The notes under the pieces: model-generated
Database searches by the model: none
Seen by the model: only the letters and a program-made list of their open reading frames with translations
Told to the model about the DNA's origin: nothing
Part shown: piece by piece, positions 54,828 to 56,936 of the stretch
How the letters are laid out: every line of letters begins with the position of its first letter
Numbering within the stretch: position 1 is the stretch's first letter
Program-made: the position numbers and the translations under genes
NCBI GenBank assembly: GCA_964574445.1
Contig: CAZNNQ010000007.1
Location: 1-56,936, forward strand
Origin: an uncultured Eubacteriales bacterium
GTDB lineage: Bacteria; Bacillota; Peptococcia; Peptococcales; SKKY01
Direction: 5' to 3'
Length of the DNA: 56,936 nucleotides

Positions 54828-55871
54828 TTATATCGAATATAAAATTTCTCTAATTTTCTCAGCTCTTTGTTTCCCTATTGTTTTTAGATAATTTCCACTA
54901 CTATAGAGAATCAATTTGTTGGCTGAGGCAAGTGTGAGATTTTTGTGATTGTCTGAATTTTCTCCAATGATATTTTCGCAAATTCCCATACGAAGGAGGG
55001 AAATGTTCAAAATGGCTTCTTTCATAGAAAGGATTCTGGCATTGGTTAATAATCCCCAAGCTCTGAAAACCTTGTCTTCTAATTGGAGCTTTTTATCCTT
55101 AGCAACTTTATGACGAATTTCTTGTTCTTGTTTTGCAAGATTTTCTGCTGCAACGGAAATGCGTTGAATAATTTCTTCTTCACTTATACCCGTTGTGAGC
55201 TGATTTGAAATCTGGAAAAATCCTCCCCAGCTTTCTGTACCCTCTCCATACATTCCTCGAAGAGTATAGCCAGCTTTTTGAAGTTCCCGACTTAACTGAG
55301 GTAGCATTCCTGTCTCAGTTATCCCTGGAAGATGGACCATTATTGAAGCCCGGAGTCCTGTGCCAAAGTTAGATGTGCAGGATGTATAAAAACCAAGCTC
55401 TTTATCGTAGGCATACCTTTCTTGGGCTGAGAAGAAATCATCCATGGGAATGGCTTTTTCTAAGGCAGCTTCAAAATCTAAACCACTAGCATAGGCTTGG
55501 ATCCGCAAATGGTCTTCTTCATTAACCATAATGCTAATATCATTTTCTTTATTTAAAATCAGTCCGGTTGGGAAAGATCTTGCTACAAGCTCTTTGCTTA
55601 TTAGCTGTTTTTCGAAAAGTGCCATCTTTAGTTCCTCTGGAAAGAGGGAAAGATCAAAGAAATAAAGATCTTTTTCTTTCACCATTGCGGAACGAAGATA
55701 ATCGAGAAGCTCCCGGGACTGTTTCTCATCTATTTTTGGGGAAAAGAAATACTTTTCATAGTTTCTTGCTAAGCGGACTCTGGTACTTAATACTACATCG
55801 GAATAATTTCCTGTTCCCCTTGTCCAAAAGGTATCATCATTTTTTATCATCTCAAGTAAATAATTTTCCAT
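54828..55871 (-). CDS. mcsB: Protein arginine kinase McsB (divergent C-terminus)
   Basis: LSTRVRLARN, VNEEDHLRIQ, C..N.GTGLRAS, QISNQ. Start reassigned to ATG 55871. Confidence 0.93.
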   Translation of the reverse strand: MENYLLEMIKNDDTFWTRGTGNYSDVVLSTRVRLARNYEKYFFSPKIDEKQSRELLDYLRSAMVKEKDLYFFDLSLFPEELKMALFEKQLISKELVARSFPTGLILNKENDISIMVNEEDHLRIQAYASGLDFEAALEKAIPMDDFFSAQERYAYDKELGFYTSCTSNFGTGLRASIMVHLPGITETGMLPQLSRELQKAGYTLRGMYGEGTESWGGFFQISNQLTTGISEEEIIQRISVAAENLAKQEQEIRHKVAKDKKLQLEDKVFRAWGLLTNARILSMKEAILNISLLRMGICENIIGENSDNHKNLTLASANKLILYSSGNYLKTIGKQRAEKIREILYSI

Positions 55872-55875
55872 ATAA

Positions 55876-56244
55876 TCAGACCCCCTCATGACTGCGGAGC
55901 TGATCTCTATAAATAGCAGCATCTTCGTAGCGTTCCTCTGCTATTGCTTGTCTCAACTTTTCCCGTGTTTCTTCTATATTAAAAGGATTCTCTTCAGCGA
56001 GAGCTTTTGGAATTCTCCCAGAAAATTTGTTTCTTCCCTGAATATGAAGAATAATTGTTTCTAGCTCTTTGCGGAAAGTATCGACACATTGATTACACCC
56101 AATTTTACCTTTTGTATATAGCTCTGTTGTTGAAAGGCCACAGTTGGGACAGTTCTTCTCTTCCCTTGGTGGGTGAGCAAAGTTACTGCGCCCAGCAGTG
56201 CCCATTTGATTAAATATATTATTAAACAGATTATAATAGAACAT
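55876..56244 (-). CDS. mcsA: McsA-like activator, N-terminally shortened
   Basis: CPNCG...GCNQC, GRIP and a C-terminal UVR motif (AIAEERYEDAAIYRD), between ctsR and mcsB. Confidence 0.88.
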   Translation of the reverse strand: MFYYNLFNNIFNQMGTAGRSNFAHPPREEKNCPNCGLSTTELYTKGKIGCNQCVDTFRKELETIILHIQGRNKFSGRIPKALAEENPFNIEETREKLRQAIAEERYEDAAIYRDQLRSHEGV

Positions 56245-56268
56245 ACAGACACTCCCCTTTTACATATT

Positions 56269-56736
56269 TTACATATTTGTTATTGCTTTAAGAACATCTC
56301 TGAGGAGTGATGATTTAACTGTGTTAGATTTCTTCTCAGGAAGTTCATCGAAAATTGATGATGAAAAGATATTTTTTAAAAGGTAACTTTCTCTTTTAGA
56401 AAGGAAATCTTCATCGTGAAGTCTGTCAATAAAAGAATGAATGTTCTCTGTTACAAATAAATCTCCGTTAATACTTTCTGGTGTCAAACTTTCAATTCTT
56501 TCTCTTAGGCCTAAGTCCAGTTTTTTAATGCGGACAAAACCTCCCCCACCTCTTCTAGTTTCAATGCAATAGCCCTGATCATTAGTAAAGCGTGTACTCA
56601 AGACATAGTTAATTTGAGAGGGAACACAATTAAAATGCTCCGCCAGAGCATTCCGCTGAATCTCGATTATATTGTCATCAGCCTTGTTAATGAGAAGTTT
56701 TAAATATATTTCGATTTGCTTAGAAATAGTAGACAC
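56269..56736 (-). CDS. ctsR: Class III heat-shock repressor CtsR
   Basis: IQRNALAEHFNCVPSQINYVLSTRF, ETRRGGGGFVRI. Confidence 0.97.
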   Translation of the reverse strand: MSTISKQIEIYLKLLINKADDNIIEIQRNALAEHFNCVPSQINYVLSTRFTNDQGYCIETRRGGGGFVRIKKLDLGLRERIESLTPESINGDLFVTENIHSFIDRLHDEDFLSKRESYLLKNIFSSSIFDELPEKKSNTVKSSLLRDVLKAITNM

Positions 56737-56755
56737 AACAATAACCTCCAGTTCA

Positions 56756-56772
56756 ACTGACCTTTCTTGACC
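56756..56772 (-). promoter_or_regulatory. CtsR box downstream of the ctsR promoter
   Basis: GGTCAAG-AAA-GGTCAGT versus consensus RGTCAAA-NAN-RGTCAAA. Confidence 0.75.
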
Positions 56773-56783
56773 TTCTTAGAAAT

Positions 56784-56812
56784 AGAATAACAGAAATAAA
56801 ATGAAAGGTCAA
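56784..56812 (-). promoter_or_regulatory. Sigma-A promoter of the ctsR operon
   Basis: TTGACC-17-TATTCT with TGn extension. Confidence 0.7.
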
Positions 56813-56823
56813 GAAAAGTCAGA
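56807..56823 (+). promoter_or_regulatory. Second CtsR box, inverted, overlapping the -35
   Basis: GGTCAAG-AAA-AGTCAGA. Confidence 0.7.
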
Positions 56824-56901
56824 GGGGACGCTTCCAGCTGGCTCGCTTTATCCACAGGGTCATATATTGTGGATAAAGTGGGTCAAATGGAAGCGTCCCC
56901 T
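56823..56901. repeat. Palindromic intergenic repeat, copy 3 (stem extends to 56817-56907)
   Basis: AGGGGACGCTTCCAG-N9-TTTATCCACA N11 TGTGGATAAA-N9-ATGGAAGCGTCCCCT. Boxes at 56848-56856 and 56868-56876. Confidence 0.9.
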
Positions 56902-56936
56902 CTGACTACCTTTTATTAACAAAATTTGATATGATT

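Noticed and set aside
36692-56901. The DnaA-box palindromes as oriC, a CRISPR array or simple terminators
   Set aside because: Only two boxes per site with no dnaA/dnaN or evident unwinding element. Copies are 10 kb apart rather than tandem with spacers. Copies 1 and 2 lie next to separate genuine terminators.

Overview
Low-GC, Clostridia-type Bacillota chromosome segment with every supported gene on the minus strand. In transcription order it holds ctsR-mcsA-mcsB-clpC-radA-yacL-ispD-ispF-gltX, a Cys T-box, cysE-cysS-mrnC-thyX-rlmB-yacP, five tRNAs, tuf-rpmG-secE-nusG-rplKA-rplJL-rpoBC, the str/S10/spc/alpha ribosomal supercluster with a second tuf, ecfA1A2T-truA and rplM-rpsI. An accessory block follows at the left edge: a C-GCAxxG-C-C protein, then an operon of CoA-transferase, a motif-divergent B12 acyl-CoA mutase large subunit, a MmgE/PrpD protein, a B12-binding subunit and a truncated carboxyltransferase. 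Two signals stand out. (1) A ~80-bp palindromic intergenic element occurs three times (before rpoB, inside the cysE T-box leader, before ctsR); its six 34-nt arms each pair a GGGACGCTTCC motif with a consensus DnaA box at fixed spacing. (2) The mutase/PrpD operon may act on a dicarboxylate other than succinate. Also noted: sigH, disA and map are missing from their usual positions, McsA is truncated and McsB lacks its RDxxRA motif. All calls come from reading motifs and synteny by eye; no database searches were run.
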